A stretch of DNA of 64,000 bases from a virus. This document shows positions 28,355 through 38,915 of the stretch, piece after piece; within the stretch, counting starts at the first letter, position 1; every line of letters begins with the position of its first letter. The stretch lies in IMG/VR virus record IMGVR_UViG_3300024999_000034, positions 1 to 64,000 of that record; one strand, given 5' to 3'. The notes under the pieces are model-generated. The model did no database searches. It saw only the letters and a list, made by a program, of their open reading frames with translations, and was not told the DNA's origin. The position numbers and the translations under genes are program-made.

Positions 28355-31160
28355 TCTCCTTTGCTGAATAATTGGCTTCTAAGTATTTGATATCTCCATT
28401 TTTATTGGGGAATGGGAATAATACTGCGCCAGAACATTTTGCCTTAACATTTTGATATATGTATTTACCATACGCCCCCCATAAAATATCTTTATTAGAA
28501 CTTGGTTTGTTTACATAAAAATAGTCTAGTAAAACATTTGTGACCAAATAAGAATCACTACATACACTATTAATTTTATTCTCTAAAGTATCATTATCTA
28601 CTTTAAATTCCCTAATATCATCTTCACTATAATCATTGTCATTATTTACATCATCAACTTGATTTAACATATCAAATTTAATTCCAGTTGTATGTTCTTT
28701 TAGAACTTCTATAATTTCATTATATTGTTCTTCAGAATAAGGATGATCGTCATTTTTGTAATAAGTTATTATATCATCCATATTAGTTCCTTTTATTTTA
28801 GAATTTATTTCAAAATTAATTCCTTCTATGTATTTACACAATAAATTCATTGGACTATCGCTATAAGTCAATGGCATATAATTATAAAAATTACTAATAT
28901 ACTGTTTTTGATCAAGAGATAATCTTTTTAATTCTTTTAGTTTACTAAATGACATTTTAAATTTTTGATGACACGTAATTTCGTTTTCATCACAATACTT
29001 TCTATATCTACGATTAGTGTTTTTGTATAAATATTTAAAGAAATATGGATATTTGCTTAATAAAGTCTTATTATACAACTCTTTTTCCTTAATAATTTCT
29101 TCGGAGTCCATAATATTACCGTCATCATCTTTCTCTACTTCTTGTTTATGTATCCATAGTTTAGGTATTCCCTTAACGTCTCTCCCAATCTTTGCCTTAT
29201 CAATTTGAGCAGATTGTGCTTTACAACATTGTTTCAATCTAGATAATATTAATTTATACTCATCACTTTCTATACCATATTTCTTTTCTATACTTGGCAA
29301 CAAGGCATATCCATTACTACTTTTATTAGTAATTGACCCAATTATCGACCCAAATGAAAAAGTATCCGCATGATATAAATCCTCATCTTTAAGTAATATT
29401 TTCTGAGGTTTAGGAGGAGAATATACCACAGGTAATTCGTCTTTATAAACTCCATTAATCATCTCTTTATTAGAGGTGGTTGCTAAAATATCATAATCTA
29501 CATCTGCTCCTCCAAAATTTACCACTTCATGGCCATGATAATTCAAAATTATGCCTAGTTTACAATGTTTATACCATTTTTCTGTTTCTTTATCTTTTCT
29601 TAAATCCATAATTACATGTTCGCTTCTATAGGTTAAGGGTGATCTCATTCCATTTACTTGTTTTACTTTGCGTTCATTCCAATAATTAGAATAAAATTCT
29701 CCTTTTTGAAGCAAGCCAGTAACCTCTAATCCACAAACATGTTGCATAAAACCGTAAGGATCATATACTAAAACTTGGAAGTTTCCATTTGTAAAGATGT
29801 CCCCCATACACCCGTTCTTAATTCTTATCTTAATCAATTCCTTTATTTTTGTAAGAATAAATTTATCATTCTTTAAGTCATGATTAATAATTAGACTTTT
29901 AATCCAATAATTATCACTACTTTTCAAATATTCCTTAATGCTATATTCATTATTATTTACACCAAGCAAAAATAATAGCATATAATAGACATCATTATAA
30001 GAAACTCCATATATCCAATCAACAAATTGTTGTGCTAATTTCTCAATACTTTCTTGATTTAAATTTAAGGTCTGGATAAATTGATAATTTAGTTTAAGAA
30101 TATCTTTTGCGTGTTTTGGAGTATATTGAGATATACCCCAAAACAATTTGTTTTTATGATAATTATTAATATATGTTTCTATTTTAGGGTAACTGTCCCA
30201 TAATTTAAATTGAGATTCAGTTATAATAACCTCATAATCTCTTAAATCTGCTTTTATGTAATTGTCATCACTGTCCTTGTATATAGTATCAACTACATAA
30301 TTGCCATTATTAACTTCTAAACAGAAATTTTTTATATCAAAAACACAGAGCATCCCTTTCAAAAAATTCTGCCTCACACACCATTGAGATGGAACCCAAT
30401 CTAATCCAAGCTCCTTTGACCACGTTTCTGCTTGTTTAGGACTTATCAAACCCATCCCATCCGTTCGATTCATTTCCATATCAATTTCACGAATTTCTAT
30501 ATCATCATCAATATTCCAATCTTTTTCTATTACATAATTCGTTTTAAATTTATCTATATTAGTAAAATCCTTAACAACAATAAATTTTGGTTCACTAACT
30601 AAATATGTAGAAGATCCAGCTAATCCAAAATATGAATTAAACTTACTAGGTGCGTTCTTTTTATCTAAATCTCTGCCATTGTTAAGTCTATCTTTTAATT
30701 CATCTAATATGTCTGTGCAACAAAATACAACGGTAGAAACTCTGGCTTGACCAGCAGAGCAACTGGCCCTCCTATATAATTTACCATTGATAATCAGTCC
30801 TTCTTTATATAGTTTTTTATAATGAGAAGGATGTTCCATAACTATTGTAATATAATCTGGAATAAACATAGTTCTGTTTATTTTATTTTGTATCTGGAAG
30901 ATTCTATCTGAATTTTCTTTGGAGTTTTTTCTATTGTTTCTTTTCTTTCTAACATTTCTTTCTTTGAATAGTCTCTCTAGTTTATCATGCTTAATTGTTC
31001 TCTTTCTTATATCTCGTATACTTCTTAAGATTTGATTATCTGCTAAAGCAATCACCTCTTTTACCTCTTTAGCTTTATCAAATGTAATATCAATGTCGTA
31101 ATTATACGCTTTTAACCTAGAAGATTTAAATTTATATGTATAAAATTGTCTATTAATCAA
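28335..31160 (-). CDS. YonO-like single-subunit DNA-dependent RNA polymerase (RdRP-like double-psi-barrel family)
   Basis: RTDGMGLISP, QNFLKGML, GMRSPL, FGGADVDYD metal-binding loop, AQSAQIDKAK. Synteny with HU and head genes as in SPbeta. Confidence 0.88.
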   Translation of the reverse strand: MINRQFYTYKFKSSRLKAYNYDIDITFDKAKEVKEVIALADNQILRSIRDIRKRTIKHDKLERLFKERNVRKKRNNRKNSKENSDRIFQIQNKINRTMFIPDYITIVMEHPSHYKKLYKEGLIINGKLYRRASCSAGQARVSTVVFCCTDILDELKDRLNNGRDLDKKNAPSKFNSYFGLAGSSTYLVSEPKFIVVKDFTNIDKFKTNYVIEKDWNIDDDIEIREIDMEMNRTDGMGLISPKQAETWSKELGLDWVPSQWCVRQNFLKGMLCVFDIKNFCLEVNNGNYVVDTIYKDSDDNYIKADLRDYEVIITESQFKLWDSYPKIETYINNYHKNKLFWGISQYTPKHAKDILKLNYQFIQTLNLNQESIEKLAQQFVDWIYGVSYNDVYYMLLFLLGVNNNEYSIKEYLKSSDNYWIKSLIINHDLKNDKFILTKIKELIKIRIKNGCMGDIFTNGNFQVLVYDPYGFMQHVCGLEVTGLLQKGEFYSNYWNERKVKQVNGMRSPLTYRSEHVIMDLRKDKETEKWYKHCKLGIILNYHGHEVVNFGGADVDYDILATTSNKEMINGVYKDELPVVYSPPKPQKILLKDEDLYHADTFSFGSIIGSITNKSSNGYALLPSIEKKYGIESDEYKLILSRLKQCCKAQSAQIDKAKIGRDVKGIPKLWIHKQEVEKDDDGNIMDSEEIIKEKELYNKTLLSKYPYFFKYLYKNTNRRYRKYCDENEITCHQKFKMSFSKLKELKRLSLDQKQYISNFYNYMPLTYSDSPMNLLCKYIEGINFEINSKIKGTNMDDIITYYKNDDHPYSEEQYNEIIEVLKEHTTGIKFDMLNQVDDVNNDNDYSEDDIREFKVDNDTLENKINSVCSDSYLVTNVLLDYFYVNKPSSNKDILWGAYGKYIYQNVKAKCSGAVLFPFPNKNGDIKYLEANYSAKEIDVNGI

Positions 31161-31173
31161 TGATGAATCCTCC

Positions 31174-33021
31174 TTATTTAATATTATTGATATTAGTTAC
31201 TCCTACACGATCTAATACATTAATAAAATCTTTTATTAACCATAATTTAAAATCTCCTACTAAACCTTTTGTAAAATCTTTATTGAGCTGTATATTTAAT
31301 TCTTCATAAACACATTTATTTATCAAATAAATGATTGGGTATAATAATTGATTGAGTTTTTTATCTATATCGCAATCAGAGATTTTAATATTTTCTCCGC
31401 TTTTATATATTTTTGTATAATATTCAGTGTTATGAAAATTTCGTTTAATATCTTTTATATTTTCTTCAATTTTATCTAGTAAATCATTTAATTCAGAAGT
31501 AACTTTTATAAAGTTATATCTAGGCAAAGATTTGTCAACAAAATAATATGATAAGTTTAAAATATTTTGCTTAATAAGTTTATTAAATTTATATTCAATA
31601 AACTTATCTCTAGAATTAACAAAATTAAAGTTATAAGAATCATTTGTCTCCTCAATATAAAAATTTTCAGATAAATAATGCAAACCAATAAACATTGTAT
31701 TATTGTCAATTAAATTATTAAATACATTTGTATTATGCTCTTGAAACGTTGTTTTACTATAATAACCTTTACTTAGAACAAAACACTTATTTCTATAATC
31801 TTCAAAATAAATTGCATTAATATAATCAGTATTTTCTTTGTAATTTAATTTATAATTAATTATCTTATCATTCTTTTGAAATATGTCTAAAACCTTTAGT
31901 AATGAATTATGAGTTGATAACAACTTTTCAACAGCAGTATTTGTTCTATTTCTAAAAGTGTTACTCAATATTTCATCCTTAAAACTAAAATTATAAGTAT
32001 AAGCAATTTCTGGTACATCTGAATTATAACCATTATTAGGAATGTAAAACTTAATTGTAATTCCATTAAAAATTCTATCGTAGATAAGTCTAGGTATTTC
32101 TGTTTCATACCTAATCAGATACCCGTTGTACTTTAAATTCAGCAGTTTAAGTCTTTTATCAATCTTATCTTTTATAAAAGCTACATAGTTACCTAAAATA
32201 CTATTACCGCATCTTGCCCTAGATAATATAGATATAGCTATTTTTCTACCCTCTTCAGATGTTATTGATCTAATAAAATTGCCAATTTCACTATAATCTT
32301 TATTCTCATATTTTATTTTCCTTATCTCTTCCCATAGATGATCTAAATTTTCCATCTCAACTTTTCTTGATTCTAAATAATTTTTATCATGTTTTGTTAA
32401 TTTATATTCTCCTATAGTTTTATAATAAAAATTATCTTCATCATTTAAATTAAAACATTTACCTTCATAATATAAAGCTTTAAAAGTAGGGACTGAATCT
32501 GAAAATACACTTAGTATGGAGTTCATATCTGCTTCAATAATAATATTATTTAATTCTTTCCAAATATCAATATAATCCTTAACTTTTTTCTTATTGCTAT
32601 AATTATATTCAAAATGAATTGTATTACCGCAAGATGTTAAAACGGTTGCATCTGGAGTATATCGTCTACCATTTATTATCATAGTTTTTTCAAAGAATAT
32701 TTGATTACAAATATATTCATTTTCCTTATCTGTAATTACTTTAAAACAATCACCGATTTTAATAAATTCTGTTTTCATCCAAAAGTGAGTAAAAGACTCT
32801 GTGCCACATTTATCGGCATTTAAATGTTTAAAATGAGGAGTTACTTTTGCATTTTCTCCACCAATAATTTTACCTTTTACTGCTACAGGAATTACGTCTG
32901 AACCACATACAATACATTCATATTTCTCGTATCTATTTTCTTCATCAATTTGACTTATGTTTATTTTACTACCATCACTTCTTTTTCTAACAACAACCAT
33001 TTGGATATTTTCAAAGTTCAT
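31174..33021 (-). CDS. Large protein with N-terminal Zn finger and CoiA-like nuclease domain
   Basis: YECIVCGSDV...HFKH, YTPDATVLTSCGNTIHFEY. Confidence 0.5.
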   Translation of the reverse strand: MNFENIQMVVVRKRSDGSKINISQIDEENRYEKYECIVCGSDVIPVAVKGKIIGGENAKVTPHFKHLNADKCGTESFTHFWMKTEFIKIGDCFKVITDKENEYICNQIFFEKTMIINGRRYTPDATVLTSCGNTIHFEYNYSNKKKVKDYIDIWKELNNIIIEADMNSILSVFSDSVPTFKALYYEGKCFNLNDEDNFYYKTIGEYKLTKHDKNYLESRKVEMENLDHLWEEIRKIKYENKDYSEIGNFIRSITSEEGRKIAISILSRARCGNSILGNYVAFIKDKIDKRLKLLNLKYNGYLIRYETEIPRLIYDRIFNGITIKFYIPNNGYNSDVPEIAYTYNFSFKDEILSNTFRNRTNTAVEKLLSTHNSLLKVLDIFQKNDKIINYKLNYKENTDYINAIYFEDYRNKCFVLSKGYYSKTTFQEHNTNVFNNLIDNNTMFIGLHYLSENFYIEETNDSYNFNFVNSRDKFIEYKFNKLIKQNILNLSYYFVDKSLPRYNFIKVTSELNDLLDKIEENIKDIKRNFHNTEYYTKIYKSGENIKISDCDIDKKLNQLLYPIIYLINKCVYEELNIQLNKDFTKGLVGDFKLWLIKDFINVLDRVGVTNINNIK

Positions 33022-33113
33022 TAATTAAATTCCTCCATCTTTCATTTTTTTGTTTTATATAATAGGGGATAGGAGAGACATTAAATCTCTCCTTGCATCT
33101 CCCAAAAACACCC

Positions 33114-33554
33114 CTAATCCAACTGTCTCAATCTATAACCACCATAACTCTTACCATCTCTTAAACACATTAACGCATCCATAGTTCCTTCAAATATCTC
33201 TCTAATTCTTAATAAACTACCTTTCTGTATAGCAAATATTTCATACTCAATACTACCAAATAATGCATTATACATTTTCAATAAATCATCATCTTTCATC
33301 TGCCAAGCAGTCACACCATTTGATTTATAATTATGAGGATTTACCATAATACAATCATAAATATTATCTAATTTCTCAATATAAACAGTAACTTCATCTT
33401 CTTTAAACTGAATTGCCAACATATCATTATCATTTAAGTGTTTTATTACATCTGAGTAATTGTTTTTAACAAAGTTAAGGTTTAATCTTGGTCTTTTAAA
33501 GTTCATGTTATTGTTGATGTTTTTACTTTTACTGTTGTTATGTTTGTTTTTCAT
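33114..33554 (-). CDS. Hypothetical protein
   Basis: AGGAG RBS, 146 aa. Confidence 0.6.
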   Translation of the reverse strand: MKNKHNNSKSKNINNNMNFKRPRLNLNFVKNNYSDVIKHLNDNDMLAIQFKEDEVTVYIEKLDNIYDCIMVNPHNYKSNGVTAWQMKDDDLLKMYNALFGSIEYEIFAIQKGSLLRIREIFEGTMDALMCLRDGKSYGGYRLRQLD

Positions 33555-33672
33555 TTTATTCTCCTTCTTGCTATTGGTTGCAAACCTTAATTATTACCTC
33601 ACTCATGCTTCCATATGCTCACTTATACTACGTTTTTCAAACTATAAAATCCCTTAAAACTCACCATTGATA

Positions 33673-33897
33673 CTAATTAGAAACCGCCAATATAAACATA
33701 ATAAATATAAGAATTATTACACTTGCAATGATACTTTCACTAGCTGATAAAGGAGTATTATTTACTTTACTTACATTATTATATGTATTATAAGCATTAG
33801 TTTTCTTCTTCTATCTATAATAATCATTTACAGAATGACTTACTGCTTTAGCAATTACTCTATTCATAGAACCATAATTTCTTGGACGCATCATCAT
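33673..33897 (-). pseudogene. Small membrane-anchored protein with internal TAG
   Basis: GAGGAG RBS, MMMRPRNYG...DYYR*KKKTNAY...IIASVIILIFIMFILAVSN*. In-frame TAG at 33811-33813. Confidence 0.6.
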
Positions 33898-33927
33898 GTT
33901 AATACACTCTCCTCTATTTTTCTTTTT

Positions 33928-34137
33928 CTAATTTATATCTTTGCATTCCACAACATCAATATTATAATATTTTGCACAATCTCCACAATAATAATTATTA
34001 TCTATTTTCCCTACAAAAATGTCATCAGTTCTAATTAATTCTTCACCACAACAATTACATGTTTCAGAAATATACTGATCTAATTCTGACTCACTGTCAT
34101 CTACCTCCTTATGAGATACTATTTTTTGTGTCTTCAT
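33928..34137 (-). CDS. Small zinc-finger protein
   Basis: CNCC...CGDC. Confidence 0.6.
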   Translation of the reverse strand: MKTQKIVSHKEVDDSESELDQYISETCNCCGEELIRTDDIFVGKIDNNYYCGDCAKYYNIDVVECKDIN

Positions 34138-34555
34138 GTTTTGTCATTTCCTCCGTTGTATCTAAAAACTCACCAATAGAATCAGTCAGATCAACCAATA
34201 TCATCTCAACATTAGTATCTAATAACTCAAATAATGTTTTTTCAATTGTAAAATTTCCAACAAAATATGATTCAACTTTTGTATTATAAGATTCTCGCCC
34301 AATAATTAATTTACCAAAACCTTTATATTCTTTTCCAGTAATATATTCTACTAATCTTACTTCAATTAATTTATCAATTGTATTTTGAGAAGCGAAAATT
34401 GTGTCTAGGATTTGAGTTATTGATTTGGTTGAATTATCTATTAGTGATGTGATTATGTAATTTGGTTTGTTTGGTTTGTTTGATTTATTTGATTTATTTG
34501 ATATGAATGGGATTTCTGATATGGATACTGTGCCGGAGAGTGTTAATTTTTGCAT
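34109..34555 (-). CDS. Hypothetical protein
   Basis: AGAAGGAA RBS, 148 aa. Confidence 0.55.
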   Translation of the reverse strand: MQKLTLSGTVSISEIPFISNKSNKSNKPNKPNYIITSLIDNSTKSITQILDTIFASQNTIDKLIEVRLVEYITGKEYKGFGKLIIGRESYNTKVESYFVGNFTIEKTLFELLDTNVEMILVDLTDSIGEFLDTTEEMTKHEDTKNSIS

Positions 34556-34822
34556 TTGTTTTTCCTTCTTTCTGCTATTGAATTTATTTTTGTATTTATT
34601 AAACTTTTACTAGATACATGTCTCTTGATTATATAATTATCCTAATATTTTCCAGCCCTAGAAACCGCCTGTAGCAATGGTTTAAAATTCTCATTTTTGG
34701 AGAATTAAAATATTTGAACCTAGAATCAATCAGATAATTTTTTGTGAATACTTGTTAGTTGTGACATATTGAACGTCTTATAATGAGTTTTAAATGCATT
34801 ATTTGTATTTTTATTCATATTC

Positions 34823-35185
34823 TTAAATATTATTTTTATCTTCTTTTAATTTTGCTTTTAATTTATCTGCTTTAAGTTTCTCTTTGTATATTTTCAATTG
34901 TTCATTTTTCCCTTTAATTTGGAATTTTAACACAGAATGAATTTTATCTATGTCTTTTTCGTCCACAAGATAGACTTTTTCTTCACAATCAATATGTAAA
35001 GTATATTTAACTCCTAATTCATCAAACTGTGGCAAAACTATATTTGTTGTGCTCTGTCCTTTTGGAAAATATATAGCTAGTGTTCCTTTATCATTATAGC
35101 GATAGGTTTCAGTTTGTGATTTTCCAAGCAAATAATTGTCTGATTCATTTTTAGTTGGTTTATTTTTGATTAAATCATAAGGCAT
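34823..35185 (-). CDS. Hypothetical protein
   Basis: 120-aa ORF. Confidence 0.55.
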   Translation of the reverse strand: MPYDLIKNKPTKNESDNYLLGKSQTETYRYNDKGTLAIYFPKGQSTTNIVLPQFDELGVKYTLHIDCEEKVYLVDEKDIDKIHSVLKFQIKGKNEQLKIYKEKLKADKLKAKLKEDKNNI

Positions 35186-35277
35186 ATGTATTGTATAGAT
35201 ACCGATATATTTTAGAATTATTTTTCACCTCCTTTCATAAATAAATATTTATTTTACTATTAACAAAAATAAACAAC

Positions 35278-37363
35278 TCAATATGTATTGTAACTATGAA
35301 TCAACTTCTTATTATTACATTCTTCACAAACTAAATGTACCCAATGCTCTGCAAAACTATCGTCTCCATAATAATTAAATTTTTCAATATGTTTAATTGA
35401 AGTAGAATTGCTGTGACAATTTTTGCATTCAATATGAAAACCAATTTCCATTTGTTTCTTTTCACCACCTCTCCTTGTATTCATTATACCATATTACTTA
35501 TTGAATTGTCAAATATTTATTTTACTATTTACATTCACATAAAATTCATCCTAATCATTTACTTCATTATATTAATCAATCTTCTCATATGTTCAATTGT
35601 ATCAAATAAATCCTTTAACATATCTATTCCATCTGCTCTATTAATAGCACCATATCTTTTACATAAATTTGCAAACTCACAATATTCTAGACTATCTTGT
35701 TTGCATTCCATGCATTTATTAGGATTTTCTTCATCTTCTGTGGCAGTAAATATTAGGGTTTTAAGTTTTGTTATTTCAGTTTGATTTAAGTACATTTTGT
35801 TTCACCTCCTTTTATCTTATTAAACTTACAAGTTTACTAAACACCAATCTTTTTATTTCTTTCCATAATTCATCACATAACTCAAAATCAGAATACTCGT
35901 ATTCTCTAAAAATATGTTCTCTAAATCCATCAATAATAACCGCTAGTGCAATAGTATTATGTTTTTCTAACGATTCAATCATAGTACCTATGGTAATCTG
36001 ACTTACAATTTCTTCAATAGCGTCATTTACATCTCTTGCTGATTGGTCAAACATCAACATACCTTTTATTTGTGCTACAAAATCAATTCTAAATAATTTT
36101 CCTAATTCACAAATAGGTAATGGTTCTAATCCAATTTCTTGTAATTGTCTTACAGTAATATGTTGTTTCATTATTTAATCCTCCCTCCCTAATCTACTAA
36201 CTCTATCAATCATTTGGTAAACAAACTCTTTCTTGCCCATATATCCATATTGCTCAATTGTTTTCTTTACTCCATCAAAATTATCTTGCTCAACATCAAA
36301 AACTATATTAAGAAGAATATTTAATAAATCAAGTACACTTTGTCTATCTCCTACGTCTAGATTATTGCCATAGTTTTTAATAGTATTTTTACATAATGTT
36401 ATTAATTTTAAAGCATCATCGCTTACTAAAAATCCTGCTTTTGTGACATTTACTTCAATATTATCTAATGATTGTAGTGCGTGTTTAATGTAATTGTTTT
36501 TATCCATGTTACTATCTCTCCTTATTAATTAATGGTATAGCTAAATTTAGTTCAATGATAAGAACCCCTCTACGGATGGAAATTATATTGGCATCTTCTA
36601 AAATATCTAGTATATTTCTATCTAAATCATAAAAATTTCTAACTTCATACCATTCTGGATCGCTTCTTTCGAGTAAGGTTCTTATTACATTTAACTCTTT
36701 TTCATTAAATTCGATAGTATGTATTGTTTTGCCATATTCTGTTATATATGTATCTTTCATAATATTCTCTCCTTATCCTAATAAATTTATTTCATTACAT
36801 CCAAAAGAAATTATCTTTATACCATTCACCTATATAATTTAATCTATTTGCTATACAAGTTGGGCAAAGCAATCCTGCATCCTCATGTAAAGTAGGATTA
36901 ATTAATCCCCATAAATGATTTGGTATTATTAAATCTGGAAACTCACCATATTTCATTCTACAATCATAGCAACATCCTTGTGGTCTTTCGTTGTCATTGT
37001 ATTTCCATTTGTGTTTGTAATTGTTCAATTTTATTTATTTCACCTCCCTTTTACATCGTACAATTGTATAAATCCTTCATCTTATTTTTATATTAGTATT
37101 TATAATTGTTATTTACTTTCTTTATATTTATTGCAATCTTTAATAATTTGAATATTAATTTGCTTAATATTTTTACAATAGTTTTTAGGCCGTAATATAA
37201 ATTGCTGAATGTGTTCCAATACAAAGTAATGTCCTTTTTGATACCATTTACCAAGACCTATAAATTTTAAAGGATAGTAAGGTAAATAAGTTATAAAATA
37301 CAATATATAAGCAGGAACAACAACTAAAATTATGTACCACGTAGGGAATGGATTAAAAAACAT
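35278..37363 (-). CDS. Cluster of 7 short hypothetical ORFs (35278-35484, 35559-35795, 35812-36171, 36175-36507, 36512-36760, 36795-37028, 37109-37363), several with CxxC motifs, the last one membrane-like
   Basis: Each has an AGGAG(G)-type RBS and they are tightly packed on the minus strand. Confidence 0.55.
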
Positions 37364-37515
37364 GTATTTTACCTCCTTTGTGTTTATTTTATTGTTGGAT
37401 TTTGAGGAAGGGATAGGTATATTTGAGTAAGATGTTTTGATGTGTAAAATATACCCTCGTACCTCTTGTATATATTGTAACATTTTTTGGTGTGGAAGTC
37501 AAGGATATTTATTTA

Positions 37516-38910
37516 TTAATTTATACGTGGTTGAGAAGACATTGCTTCATAATCTTCTTTATACATCCATTTGAAACCTCCTGCCGTTTTATCATTATTA
37601 TGTTTCCAACAACAATAACTAATATTATTAATATCTAATTCTCTTTCCGTTTGTGCAATACCATCCCATTCTTTTATAAACTCATTGTCTTTAGATAATT
37701 GAATTATCTTTCTTCTGTTTTTATTGTAATCACAAAGTCCTAATTCTACACCTTTATTAAGATATGAAACAACTGTAGTATTAGCCAATTCCATTATTTT
37801 TGCTATCTTTGGACTACTTTTTATACCGCTATTCCAATGATCACAAGCTGTTTTAATTAATACTTTATTAACATACTCCTCACATTTACCCCAATCTATA
37901 ATAGATAAGTCAAATAAATCATTTAATTTACTTTGCATAATATTGTCCTTTATAAAATCCATATTACTTTTCAGACAATCAATTCTTATTACTTCTATGC
38001 CTTTCTCATTTGAAAAAGCATCTCTTATTTCATCATATTCTTTAGTTTCTTGTGCTGATTGTTTAGTTAATGTATTAGTATTCCCATGTCCAAGACGACC
38101 ATCCATTTCTAAATCATATTTTACATTGTTAAATTCAAAATAAAAATCAAATCTATAATCATGAAAATTGTATTCAGGTATAAAATCAACCCCTAACTGC
38201 TCTAATAAACTAAATCCAACCTTGTTGCCAAAAGATATCTTATCTCCGCATCTTGGACAACTAAATCCAAAAACAATTAAATTATGAGGAACATAAGACT
38301 TTTCATATCCACAATCTGGGCAAACATATATTTTATACTTATCACTTCCTTGAGTCATTTCATAACCTTCTTGTGGATTTTTAAGTAGTTTTGCTATATT
38401 GGGATGGGTTGCCCATAAGTCGTTATATCCAATTAAAATCTTTTTTGAAGGAACACAGCATACATTACAACCCTTACCATTATTTAAATCATTTTCACGT
38501 AGTTTGTCTTCGTTTCCACATTTTAAACATTTATATGTATAACCTTTTACATTATTTGTCGTATTAGATATTTTAATATGTTCTAATATCTGTATATCAC
38601 TAAATTTTAGATTAATTATATCACCAATATTATGTCTATAATCTGTTACAACCTTACTTAGCAAATTTCCTATTGCACATGTTGAAAACGCATATGCATT
38701 TATATGTACAATTCTATCATTGTATTTAACCTCTAAATAATTCTGACCTGATTTTTTATATTGATTAATTATTTCTGCCTCTCCCTCAATATCATCATAT
38801 ATAAACTTAACACTATATCCAATACTTTTATTCCAATCTATACATTCTTTATTTATGTTAGCACCAAAACCCATTTTCTTTGGCAATTCTTCTAAAAATA
38901 CTTTTTTCAT
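37516..38910 (-). CDS. Free-standing endonuclease: zinc ribbons, PD-(D/E)XK-like domain, NUMOD1
   Basis: CLKC..CNVC, NDLWATHPNIA, CPDC..CPRC, RFDFYF...LEMDGRLGH, TAGGFKW. Paralog of 62434..63882. Confidence 0.7.
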   Translation of the reverse strand: MKKVFLEELPKKMGFGANINKECIDWNKSIGYSVKFIYDDIEGEAEIINQYKKSGQNYLEVKYNDRIVHINAYAFSTCAIGNLLSKVVTDYRHNIGDIINLKFSDIQILEHIKISNTTNNVKGYTYKCLKCGNEDKLRENDLNNGKGCNVCCVPSKKILIGYNDLWATHPNIAKLLKNPQEGYEMTQGSDKYKIYVCPDCGYEKSYVPHNLIVFGFSCPRCGDKISFGNKVGFSLLEQLGVDFIPEYNFHDYRFDFYFEFNNVKYDLEMDGRLGHGNTNTLTKQSAQETKEYDEIRDAFSNEKGIEVIRIDCLKSNMDFIKDNIMQSKLNDLFDLSIIDWGKCEEYVNKVLIKTACDHWNSGIKSSPKIAKIMELANTTVVSYLNKGVELGLCDYNKNRRKIIQLSKDNEFIKEWDGIAQTERELDINNISYCCWKHNNDKTAGGFKWMYKEDYEAMSSQPRIN

Positions 38911-38915
38911 TAATT

